A DNA stretch of 64,000 nucleotides, taken from contig JAYWIR010000032.1 in NCBI GenBank assembly GCA_036172245.1, positions 806,001 to 870,000 on the forward strand, given 5' to 3'. The position numbers and the translations under genes are program-made. Position 1 is the stretch's first letter. Each line of letters starts with the position of its first letter. This DNA is from Raillietiella orientalis. Its lineage: Eukaryota. Of the stretch, positions 26,450-37,266 are shown piece after piece. The notes beneath the pieces are model-generated. The model was not told the origin of the DNA, searched no databases, and saw only the letters and a program-made list of their open reading frames with translations.

Positions 26450-27650
26450 AGACAAGATTGCAGTACGAACAGGTTTGCAGTTCACCTACCTAGAAGTGAC
26501 ACGATGCAGAGTTTTGGTGACAGCTACCAAGGATCTCGGAGGCCATCCGGATCCAAAAGCACGAGCTGCGTCTACGAAGGGAAGGCAAGTATAGAAGCTC
26601 ATGGCATTGCACATCCATCCACTACAGTTCCATGGAATTCGATTGCCCGCTTAGGAATCGAAAGCCCGGAGCGATGGGTATGGGACTTTGTGTCAGCCTG
26701 AGAAGACGAAACACCGTTTGTCCCGCCGATCGTATCATCCATCCTCGCCTCTCAGGCAGTTCGGCTCCTTGGATAGCAACCTTCCAGAGAAGCAGTTGTG
26801 CTGTTAAAGATTCCCCGCATGCGCCCATTGAAGTCGAGAAAGCATTGCTTTGTTGCACTTTTTGGTCCGGATGACTACGGATGTGGCAGACGCGAAGAAG
26901 AGAGAAAACGCGGCTCCTGGACGCCGAAGATCTGCAGTGGCACGTCAGGTGGGATTTTCCGATGAGAGGTACTCCGCGTTGAAACGGCAGCAGACTCGAA
27001 TGGTAGTGATGCAGAAGAATTTCCTCTCAACGGAACGTGGAGTGGAACACACACGTGTCAAAATCCCTTTTGCGCTTCGTTACCCCGTTACGGCCGTTCC
27101 TGACGTCCGGAAGTGCTGTGTGCGTCCGATACGCTTCCATTGTGTCTGCACCGTCTAGAAGAGCCAGGAAATTCACGACTTTGTATCAACCCATCTCGGT
27201 TCTGCTCAAAGTAAAACTCCGGAGTTTCAGATTCGCCCGCGGAGTGACTGAACTCACAGCAGTCGGAGGAATTTGTACCGACTCCATGTTGTGACCAGCC
27301 ACAATAAGATTCTACAGTTCATTGCTTTGTACACAGGTTCACTATTGACCTCTTTTTCCATGGTCATTAGTTCATATGCTCCATGACCAATGATGTCGAG
27401 CTTTTGGCATTTTTAGAATCTGGAGTGACTCATGGGAGAAACCAGGATGTGCTCTTGTTCCTGGGAATTGTGATCCGAAGCAATGGATCCGGCCCAAACG
27501 TAGAAGAATGAATACAGGTCAAATCATTGTTCCTTACTCGTTGTCGCCACGGAAGCAAGTGCGAGCGATTAAGGACCTTTTGGCTTAAGCTTGGGTGCAA
27601 CTGAGCGTGCACCAGAACAGACTCCAGCCATCTTAGATCGAGTGTACTCA
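26450..27650 (+). mobile_element. Decayed BEL/Pao pol remnant
   Basis: NRFAVHLP....SFGDSYQGSRR (~GRf.V.LP...LG.S...A.rR), EWNT...LLRF, PISVLLKVKL. Confidence 0.5.
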
Positions 27651-28479
27651 CAGCGTAATCCTACAGGATTACTATACCGCTTTCCTATTAATTATGCTGA
27701 GGAATTCATCGCTTTTCGAGTGAGAAGTAGGCAGGCACACCTCATCGAGAATGGGGTGCACGCCGGGGTGTGTTTTTCATTCTCATCAACACCGTAAGAC
27801 CGCGCTACCCCAAGTGCAAACGCTCCGCTTGTGTTGGGGAGGAAAGCCGATCTCCTCCTTCCTCACCCCAGCCCTTATTTGCTGTGGCTTCCGCATGTCA
27901 TCTGCCTCGGCTCGTTCAAGCGAAAAGTTGGGCGGAGTGAGATTCGATGACCTTCGTTCAGTCCATGGGACCTATTCCGAGCAAAAGCTGGATGCATTTC
28001 TTCGCTCCTCTAATTAGCGTGGGTTGGAAAAGTGCCCGAATGCTTGCACATTCGGCTTCGAATGGATTGAAGAGAAGAAAAAAAAACAACAACCGAGATG
28101 TAAGCTCATCTTTCCCACAAATCTCAAGAGCTGAAAATCTCTGCGGCGAACACTTCGGAAACTCAACCGTGGTCCCGCATTTCAGCATGGTCTGCACCTT
28201 CAGAAGAGAAGCTTCCGCATTGGAAGGCTGCAAGAATCGTCTTTCGTGGATGGCAGTTCTCTGATGTGCGGTAAGCTTCCGCTCGCGGTCCTTCACAGCT
28301 ACTTCCAGATGAATATTCGTTTGCTCTTGTAATTGTCTCTCGGAGGTGTTTCTGATGCAGACGAATCATGGGAGCTGTTTCATTCGTCCCGCACCTCTGC
28401 AGAAGGAAAACTCGGGTTCTTTTGTTTCGCTCTTCCTATGCTGCAGCCAGCATGCTATTTTCTAAAAATTCTTCTCAGC

Positions 28480-29450
28480 TGGAAAGGCTTAGAGAGAACT
28501 TACATTCTGTCCTCTTCAGGGTGGCCCCTTCTGAATCGGAAAAGCTCTTCGTTCCGGAAACTTAAGGGAGGAGTAATCTTTGAGTGGATCGAATTACATG
28601 TACAGCTTCCATTTCTATCTTGGACAATTATCGAGAATGGAACTCTTATCTATGGCAAGACAAGAAAATCAGAAGATTCTCTTGTCTCGCCCTAGAATGA
28701 GCGTATATTTTTGTACTGTTCTGTACACCTCAAAAGAACCTGCTCAACGCTAAAGCTCCATAAGTAATGCAAGAAAACGGCAAGCGCTGCGGGAAATGTG
28801 ACGCGAGTAGTTGTGCTCCTTTTCTTTTTTTTTTTTGGCTGAAATTGAGATCGGGAATTGAAGGAAGCTCGTGGCATTTCCATCACAGGACGCTCCATCA
28901 TCATGGAGGGATGTCTGAAATCTGCAGACGAGCTGCTTTGCGTTCCTTTATTTGCATTTATCCCTTGCTTGGGAGGTTTCGAAAGTGTAGAAAGTGGGCC
29001 TAATTACTTAATGCCCCAATTTGCGTTTCTCACAGATGTCATCAGAAAGCGATTTCAGCACCACTCTTGTAAAAGAAATCATTAGCCGTACTTGGCCATC
29101 AAAGTAATTGAAATCCATGAATCTTACGGTGCCACCAGCCTTACGAAATACAATTACATATAAAACCATGCCTTAATTTGTTTCAACCTGTCTTTTCCTA
29201 GTGAGAGCAATTAGCATATCGCCATTCTGTTTAGGAGGAACCCAAAGGGAATCACAAGATGCTGTCAGGAATTAATAGAAGAAACATACAGTTATGTCTC
29301 CATTTCATTCACGGAAACAACTCAGTGCTCCAAAGCTCAGTCCGCTTGCCGCATCTTTCAGTGGCCTTCGTTTGCAAATGGCAGCTGTGGACGGAGCGCT
29401 TTTTCAGATTCCTCGAAAACCCGGTACGGACGCAGTGTCGATCCCGAATC
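28480..29450 (+). mobile_element. Possible Gypsy connector/integrase remnant
   Basis: SGWP...IIENGTLIYGKTR; PSFANG and TERFFRFLE resemble P..NG.aER. Weak match. Confidence 0.25.
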
Positions 29451-30279
29451 GTTCTGGACGGCCATCAAATATCTATCACTTTCATGAATGGACTGGGCTT
29501 GAACCAAGTCTCTCGGTCCCTCGATGGGAAAATGCCATGACAAACCTCCAGCTGCTCTCCTCTGGATCTTGAAAATGCTTCTGCATCAGGCGGGCATAGA
29601 TAGAGTATGCAACGAATGGTAGGGAGAGCGTAATCCACCGCTGGGTGTCGCTTGCGCTATCAGTACATGGGTAAACAGTTTGGGAACGTACAGGAACTTG
29701 CAGGTTCCTCTATTCGTGTCTTATTTTGACTTTTTGTCAACTGCCTATGAAACTTTCACTTAAACTTCACGAGTCTCCTTCTTGGAGCGATGCCACGCGA
29801 AGCCCGCGTTGTCGGCCGGTTTCCTCTTTCACCTTTAGACTTTTGAATTGTGGGCCACCTTTTCTGAAGTCCTGAGGAATTCAACGGCTTCGAGGACTAC
29901 TCAGTTCTCATCAGTGGATGGGTTTGAAGGCTTTTCCCGCTGGGGAGAACTCGGCGTCCACGTGGCTATCCCACTTAGGGATATAAGCAGCCTTCGTGGT
30001 CATCAATTCACGCAGTGATGGACGCTAGCAAGCAGCAGCGTATGCATTTAGAATCTCAGCAGAGGCTACTGAACTTCTCTTCCCGGTGTTTCCAGATAGC
30101 CGGTGTTAAAATCATGATCACAAAGGTGACAGGGATCGATCGGTTGCTCTGGATTCGCTCGCGCATCACCTTCGATGCGGCAGCAAGGCACGTCGCGTAA
30201 CTTCTTCCAGCTTCCACTGTCTGGCCGCTCGCGACTTCGACCTGCTTCGTTGGTTTCGTATCGCAGTCACGGAAGCTTG

Positions 30280-30720
30280 ACTTTCCTCGGCAGTCCCTGG
30301 AACCAGAAAGAGGAGCTCGAGAAGAGGGAATTAACTTGTGACTCCTCAGCCATCAGAAGCGTTTTTCTACGAGCTCGTTCCACGGATCTTTCAGGACGGA
30401 ATTTGGGCAGAAAAAAAAAAGGGGGGAGAAGATTTATTGTGGATTCGCGGTACATGGATAGAACGCAATCACGCAACAGCGGTTGGTCAAGTAATTACCG
30501 CCTTCAAGTTCTAATCAGTGGTGACAAAGAAGCCATCCTGCTCACTCTTCGCTTCCCTGCCTCTTCGGCTTGCCAAATGTCAGGCGTGCTTCGGGTGGAA
30601 GGGATGCAGACTGCCTCCCGGGGTCATCATTATCGCCTCACAAGAAGCATCTACCGTCGCCGGATTTTCTGGAACGGGACGGAAGAAACGTTCCCACGGA
30701 GATCAGAGATCACAGAGCGA
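30280..30720 (+). mobile_element. DIRS-like tyrosine recombinase remnant
   Basis: VFLRARSTDL (~R.SeL), YMDRTQS (~YL.RT), RGHHYR...FWNGTEETF (~raHs.R...W...TF). Confidence 0.45.
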
Positions 30721-30796
30721 CAGGAGGAGATCGAGAAGCTACGAGCGCAAGACACGAGAGAACTGTTGGGGCACAGCAGCTTTGGCCCACGTTGAT

Positions 30797-31290
30797 GGCG
30801 ACGTGGCTGCGGGTCTCCTTGAGTGGCGCCAAGTGTCGCGAAGTGTACCGAACTTTATCCGGAGAAGGATGGGTTCCCAGAACGGGGGGTGGGATCTCTC
30901 CCTCAGGATGATGCTGGTTGATCTATCCGGGTGCGGCACTGGTGGAAGCCGGAAACCCACCAGATGTGCCTCGTTGACTGGCCGGGGTTGGAATCAAGGA
31001 GTTCCCTACGGGAATCTCCCAAGGTTGTGAAGGTGGAGCCATCTTTTCCCTCGAAAGGGGCCCTTTAAATCGTATCATGGAGCTGGTGGGTCGATACCTC
31101 TCCAGAGCGTGAAAAAGCGCGCTGCTCCCTTCGGGGAGTGCCCTTTGGAGAAATTCAAAAGCGTCCCTTCGGGGTTCTCTACAGAGGAGGAGGCAAGGAA
31201 CGGGATTCTCTCCAGAGATGACATTCGGAAGCAGATCCTTTCCAAGTCTTCTTAGGAGAAGAAACGAGAAATGACCCCGGAAGATGGTCA
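30797..31290 (+). repeat. Dispersed repeat family R, copy B
   Basis: Head gtggctgc...gtggcgccaagtgtcgcg matches 62587; cgggtgcggcactggtgga at 30928; cccttcggggttctc near 31165. Confidence 0.85.
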
Positions 31291-32149
31291 TTTCTCGTTT
31301 AGAGAGAATAAGGAAGAGGTTCCTTCCCTTCGGAGACAACCAGACGCGCCCTCAAGAGCTTTGCACATCTCAGTCAAGGATTCTGGGATGCTGGGATCCG
31401 ACGACGAAACGCTGGGAGGATCGAACATTCCTGGTGACATTGAAGGCTCCTCGGATGTGCAGACGGATGGATCACCTGCATGAACCACGGCACCTCTACG
31501 AAGGTGGAGCGAAGAAAACAAGTATGGCGAGAAGTGAGCACCCCACCTCTTCCTGCTTGCTTCCTCAGATCCTCCATTTCTTAGCATGAATCCAAACAGA
31601 ACAGTAAACAAGAAGAAAAACCCTTCCTGACTCATCCATTGGAGCGTGTCCAAGACCCGCTCAGGCAAAAGATGCGGCTGCTGGCTTCCAAGACGACTGC
31701 TCGTTTTTCTTCCTCTCTGTGTCTTCGGGGTCGAAGAGCGCGGTCTTTTTTCCTTTCGGTGCCAAGAGGAGCGGAAGGAAAACGAACTGAGACATCAGCG
31801 GCAATAACGATCTATTCTTGATGGGAAAATCAGCTTCTTCCCCGGGATGGTCTCCAAGCGACGATCGGATGAGCCTGGAAGGACCCCACAGGAGATCTCG
31901 CTGCAGCTTCTGCAGAGGATGTGGCTCCGGCAGCTTCGGTAGCAGCACGGGATCTCTGGAAGACAGGAAACCTGGAAGGAGATGAGAGGTTCCAGGAAGT
32001 AACGGAAGGCGAGGATCAGGAGAAGAAAGGTAGCTCGACAGGCAGGGAGAAGAAAGGAAAGACGGGCAGGGAGGTGCAACAAGGAAGAGGACAGAGGGAA
32101 GAGGATGGAAAAGCTGAAGAGCTGCCAGGGAAGTGGAAAGGCAGCATCG

Positions 32150-32420
32150 TGAGGAGGCATGGAGTTCAGGAAAATGCCCCCCGGGTGAAGATCGACGAGA
32201 AATGGGTCGTTGTGGGTCTCCAGTCCCCGCCGCATGACAATGCTGGTCGGTCTTATAGAAGCTCCGGGTGCGGCACTGGTAGAAGCTGAATGCCTCCGTT
32301 GACTAGCAAGGATTCAAAGTTGACGCTCCGGTGTCCTCCCAGTAGCCAAGGATCCCGCCCCCTTCCTGTTATGAAAATGAAGCCGTGCCATCCCCTTGGG
32401 GAAATCCTCCATCACGCACA
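32150..32420 (+). repeat. Dispersed repeat family R, copy C (partial)
   Basis: gaagatcgacgagaaatgggtcgttgtggg matches 37971-38005; cgggtgcggcactggt at 32265; ggattcaaagttga. Confidence 0.8.
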
Positions 32421-33049
32421 CTTGGAGGGACTCCTTGGAGAGACTGCCTCTCCAGACCGTCAGAAGAGCTCCAGGTGATGGTAGTCACGCCAGGTGAGTT
32501 ACCTACCAGCTCGCCTTCCTCCATGTGCGCGTCCATGACTTTCAGAGCGCTGCCGACTTGCTCGTGGATCCAGGAGGCCTTGGAAAACTCGGCGTCGAAG
32601 CTCGGCTAGGAAGGAGATGAGGTGGAGAAGGGTGAGGTCGCCGGATGACCGCTGTCAAGAAACGCCCGGGGTGTGCCTCCACGTTTTGCCTTGCTGCCAT
32701 AGAGAATTCCGCGTCTTCACTTCGACTGTCACGACCGGCGAAAGTCCTGAGGCGCCACCAGCAGTCACGAGTAGCGACAGCGATCTTTCCGGAATTTTCT
32801 TCTCGTCATTGACAAGCGCGGACTTCCGGGGATGGCTGACCACCGGCCCATCGGATCCAACCATGGAGGCAACACCACGAATCGCACAGGTCTCTGCACG
32901 GAGCGCCTTGGTTCGAACCCCTCGCTGTCCGTAAAGCAAAAATCCCCCGCCCCCCCGTGGCGGCTCAGCGGCCTAGGCTCAGAAGCACGGATGCCTCTTG
33001 AACTTCCGGTTGCTTCAGAGGATCTCAGACGCGAGCGGGTGAGCTCCCC

Positions 33050-35200
33050 AACGATCCTCGCTCAACCATCCTTCGCTAAGGAGACATTTTGGAAGGTCGT
33101 CTCCTGCCTCCGATGTGGAACGAGGCATTGCAGAGGCTTCTCTCTCCTCACCATGCTTGTCTGCAGATTCCGGTCTTCCGAAATTCGGACTAGAAGATTC
33201 GCTCCCGAGGGTTTCTCAAACTCGATATCTAAAAGAATGGGGCATTGGTCCGTACTGCCACTCAGCCTGCCACCTACGTTGTGGTTCCCTCGAAATCACG
33301 CTCAGGACTCTTCAAGATGCTTCAGGATGAAAAGAAAATCGCTGCCACATCTTCCTCTCGCTCCTCATCTGCGTGCAGGAAATTTTTTCACACCTTCAGG
33401 AAATCAACTGCCTCATGAGATTCCGCGTGTCATCAACGAGAGGAGCGAGCTCAACTCATCCCTGGACTCCAGCCGGAGGCTTCCCCTCTGATTCCAGTGG
33501 TCACCGGCTTTCAAGCCATCGCAGGATTTGTTCTTTCTCAGCTTTCTCATTCCATAAAGAGGTTGCCACTGAGGTGCTCTAGGTCCTCCTTCTATAGTTG
33601 ATGTGGACGCTGAACGCATCCACTCGGTAGGCTGCAATGACAAGTTTTGCTTTCGCCATCTGCTCACGATCCACGGGTCAAGCACCAGGTTCGTCGGAAC
33701 CCAGAAGTGAAGGGATGCGCTCTCCCTATAGACTGCTCAAGACCACCTCGGACACTCTCCAGGGCAAGTGGCGAATGGGTGCGTTCCGTTGCTGTTGGCT
33801 TCCGATGACCTTCAGTGAGGAGAACGCTGCTGCGCGCTCTCCGAATGCCAAGAGAACCGCTCGTCTCAGCGCACGATCTCAGCCAGGACGTTTTTTGTGC
33901 CTCCTGAAAAAATCCACACTCGGGTTGCGGCTCTTTGTACCTTCAGTAACCGAGTAACCACGTGATTTCGTTTCGAAAGCTTCTCTTGGAGCAGCATCTC
34001 TTAGAGCTAAGATACAAAGAGGGGACGCATTCAGGGAAAACGCTGCCGGAATTCCGTGACTCTCCAGGAAGCAAATTGTGAAACGATTCTTTTGTGGCTC
34101 TTCGAAATGGCCCGCTACCGCACGTTGACTGCTGGTCTTTCGAAGAGTTTTTCACCTTCCACTTTCCCGTCGGTGAAGCTGCTCCAGAAATGCCAAACTT
34201 GAAAACGAGTTGCAAAGAGCGCAGCTTTTCACAAAAGGCGGACTGCGAGTGCAGTCCCGTCTATCCAAACTTTGTTGTGGTGACCTCCGGCACGTTTCCT
34301 ACTTCAACTATGCGCCGGCAGCGAAAGACTTCTCTCATTGCTGCCGAGCAGGCGGCATGGGATGATTGGTTTCGGTTAGCCCATGAGGCATCTGTCCTCA
34401 CTACTGGAAGCTCACTTGTGGATCTCCTACCGGTCAAAAAACTGGAATGCCTGGCAGCAAAAGGCGCTGGTAGTCCTGGGTTGTCACTTTGAACTGAGTC
34501 CGCTACGAAAACTCTTATGGAAACTCCTAGGAGATATCCCGCAGGACCAAACGCAGTGGTCCCGGATAGCCGCCACACCTCTTGCCACAGCACCATCTGT
34601 CCTCAGAGAAAACGATGACAGCAGCCAGCCATCGGTGTGGGAGTTCTTCTGTACCACTGCAGGAGTCGAGAAACTCCTCGACGGCTGCAGGAGTGGGGTT
34701 GGCGGACGCCGCCACTCCTCGTTTCCGGGAGACGGGACTCCTTCGGTGAAGTGGCCTACTGGGCCCCTCTCCTGTATGTAGACGCCGCCTCTACGGTAGC
34801 AGCAAGATGGTCTGCTGATGCTGCACTGGGGAGATTCCGGTGCGTCCGGCGCAGACACCTGGTTTGAGAGGGGGATCACCTCCCCAAACTGTTTGAGATG
34901 CGGGGCTATGACACCCCACTCCTCCTGTTCGACTGCCGAGAAAGGAAGTAGTGCCCCTGAGGGCATTTGGCGGAGAACAGCCTCAGAGCTACGTTTTCCG
35001 CAGGATCCTGCTGCGAGCTTGCTGCGGCGCTTCACTCGAGGAGGGCTGACGGCAGGCGCTGTGATCGCGAGGATCTGCTGCATCCGCGCCATGGTGACAG
35101 TCCGTCATGTGTTGGAGTCTTGTTCGCAGCGAAGGGTGGGGCCACCAGCATTGCAGCCGGCCTTGATGAGGACGGCTACGAGTTAGCTTCACCTTTCAGA
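33050..35200 (+). mobile_element. Decayed DIRS-like element (RT to tyrosine recombinase)
   Basis: GLPKFGLEDSLPRVS...YLKEWGI (~LPFGL..aPrvF...Lr..GI), RKTSLIAAEQAAWDDWF (~R.ST...Yq..W..f..W), ALHSRRADG (~HS.R.g). Confidence 0.5.
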
Positions 35201-35939
35201 AGAACTGGTTTTGGAGATCGACAGCATCCATAGCCAGCTGTAGGAAGAAAGTGACCAAGACCAAAGACCCTGTTCCCACCCACTCGTCTTTTCTCACTTT
35301 CTTTATTGTCCCCTTCTTCCCTCTCCTGACTCCCTAGGAATCCGGCCTGCGAGCAAGTGGTCATCCTTCGTGAACTTTTTTTTTTTTTAAAATGTTGTCA
35401 TGTGTTGTGCTTGTCCCGTTGTCATGCTGTCTCCTGATTTGTAGTTTATCCCTTTTTAAATAAACGTCCCGTCGTGGCCAGGTACAAACCAAGGAGAGCG
35501 GTTTGTGAAGGTAACCGGCATGACATTTCCTGCTGCGGCGCTTTCGAAAAGCATATCCTTCCCTCAATTCCCAACTGCTCCCCCTGTTTCAAGCTAGCAT
35601 TTCGTAACAAGGAGAAATCTGAGAATGTCCTGCTGAATCCACATCGTTAAGGAAATGCCTCCGATCGCATGCACACCCTCTGCCTCCATTTCGAGTGGTC
35701 ACTCAGCCAGCACGCTAGCAGGCTCGCTATTTCTTCGAGGAATTTCCAGAATCCCATGCTAGTGTCGCTCGGATGCAAGCTCCGAATCTGAAAATCGTCA
35801 TCAGGGAGAGAGAATTGAAGATCCCATGAGGAGAGGATGGGAAGAGCTGCATTTGGAAAACAAGAAAAACTTCTTTCCCTCTGTACAGGGATTAGCATGA
35901 GACATGAAATCTCGATGACGCGAATTCTCCTCAGTCTGA

Positions 35940-36200
35940 GGGATGGAGGAGAGATTATGGATTCCAAGATTGATTGCAGTCCATTGGAGCAACCATCAAG
36001 GAGACGCTACAAGTTTGTTGCACGCCAAAGACGCTTCGTGAATTATAAGAAGCAGAGTAGCCGAAAAGGGCTTTATTGGGACTCCGAAGCAGTCTTTCTC
36101 GTGGTAGTAGAACCGGCTGCAAGAAGGGTAACCTGCACTGGTTCGCTTTTAACCTTTGAGTCACACCCAGAACGTGCGGATGCGCCTGACTTGCATTAAT
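35940..36200 (+). mobile_element. Possible Gypsy RT N-terminal remnant
   Basis: PLEQPSRR...KGLYWDSEAVFLVVV...RVTCT resembles P..q.prr...GiI..s.spvv.V...RlC. Confidence 0.3.
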
Positions 36201-36959
36201 GGCTAAACGAAGGCCATGAACGCTCGCAGTGCCGGTGACTGCTGGAATTCTGGGATCAGTGATGGATTTTATGCAAGCACGGCAAATGGAATCATTTCGA
36301 AGTGAGTGATAAAGAGGAACGAGACAGTTTCCATTCCTCTGGCTTTTCTGAGAAGTTTCCCTGAAGAAACGAAAAGCAGGAAATGAATGCAGACGTCGTC
36401 AAAGAAGCAGCGCGAGAGTTAAAAGCGGTTCCATGATGCGGAAAGAATTCGGCGTCTCATCATTTTTTTCTTCCGGCTTCAGGCGTAGAACAAGTCGAAC
36501 AAAAGTGCATTCGAAGCTGCTGATTTGTCCGATGTTCCAGAAACATCTCCAAAGGGAATCCAGGGGGGAAGAATCCATCCACACATGAATACGTGCACTG
36601 ACGCACACAACACCGAAAGCATGCATGAGAATCCAAGACCATTTGGCATCGCAAGTAAGGGGGAGGCTACCTGATGCCTTCCGGAATTAGAGGCGGCTAC
36701 TGAACCCACATGATCCCAACTATCCCCAGGTGCGCGGGAGCTAAGTGACTTCAACCGAAAGGAAACCTCGTTGGCCTGCCGCAAGGCGAAGAGTCAAGCT
36801 TTAGAGAAATCACGGGTTCGCCTACACCCATTCGCTCTGTTCCCGGAAGCGGCCTCAAGTAGAAGCAGGGGTGCCTCAGCTCGCATCAGAACCGAGTGGA
36901 ACTTTGCTGAATAACAGAAGACTCGGTCCACCCAGGTTGATGCTGGAGTGGTACAACAT

Positions 36960-36965
36960 TTTATT
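36960..36965 (-). promoter_or_regulatory. Candidate polyadenylation signal (AATAAA) of the PDE gene
   Basis: AATAAA on the minus strand about 145 nt after the stop codon. Confidence 0.45.
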
Positions 36966-37110
36966 GAAAAATGCGCAATTTTGAAAGTCGGATGCAGTTT
37001 CGTCATCTGTGGAAATCATAAAAGGAAGGTACAGCCGAGAAGAGATGAACAGATGTGGTCGTATGAGGGTGATCGTTGCGACGGTGTGGAAGAAAAGTAG
37101 GGTTTCCCTT

Positions 37111-37266
37111 TCAGTCGTTTGGATCGTTCTCCTGGTTTTCTTTCTCCATGAGGGACTTCCATATGCTCAGGTTTTGTTTGCACCCTTCCAGCAGAGGTTT
37201 AGTTTCCGGGAGCACTCGGTGCAGCAGCTCGTAACACGGGATGCAGATGCCTGTCATGAAGTCGAC
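37111..37266 (-). CDS. PDE10A-like: PDE last coding exon ([37 protein letters not shown]...stop)
   Basis: tttccag| acceptor; IPCY and C..N...W C-terminal helix motifs; ends in TGA. Confidence 0.94.
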   Translation of the reverse strand, partial: VDFMTGICIPCYELLHRVLPETKPLLEGCKQNLSIWKSLMEKENQENDPND

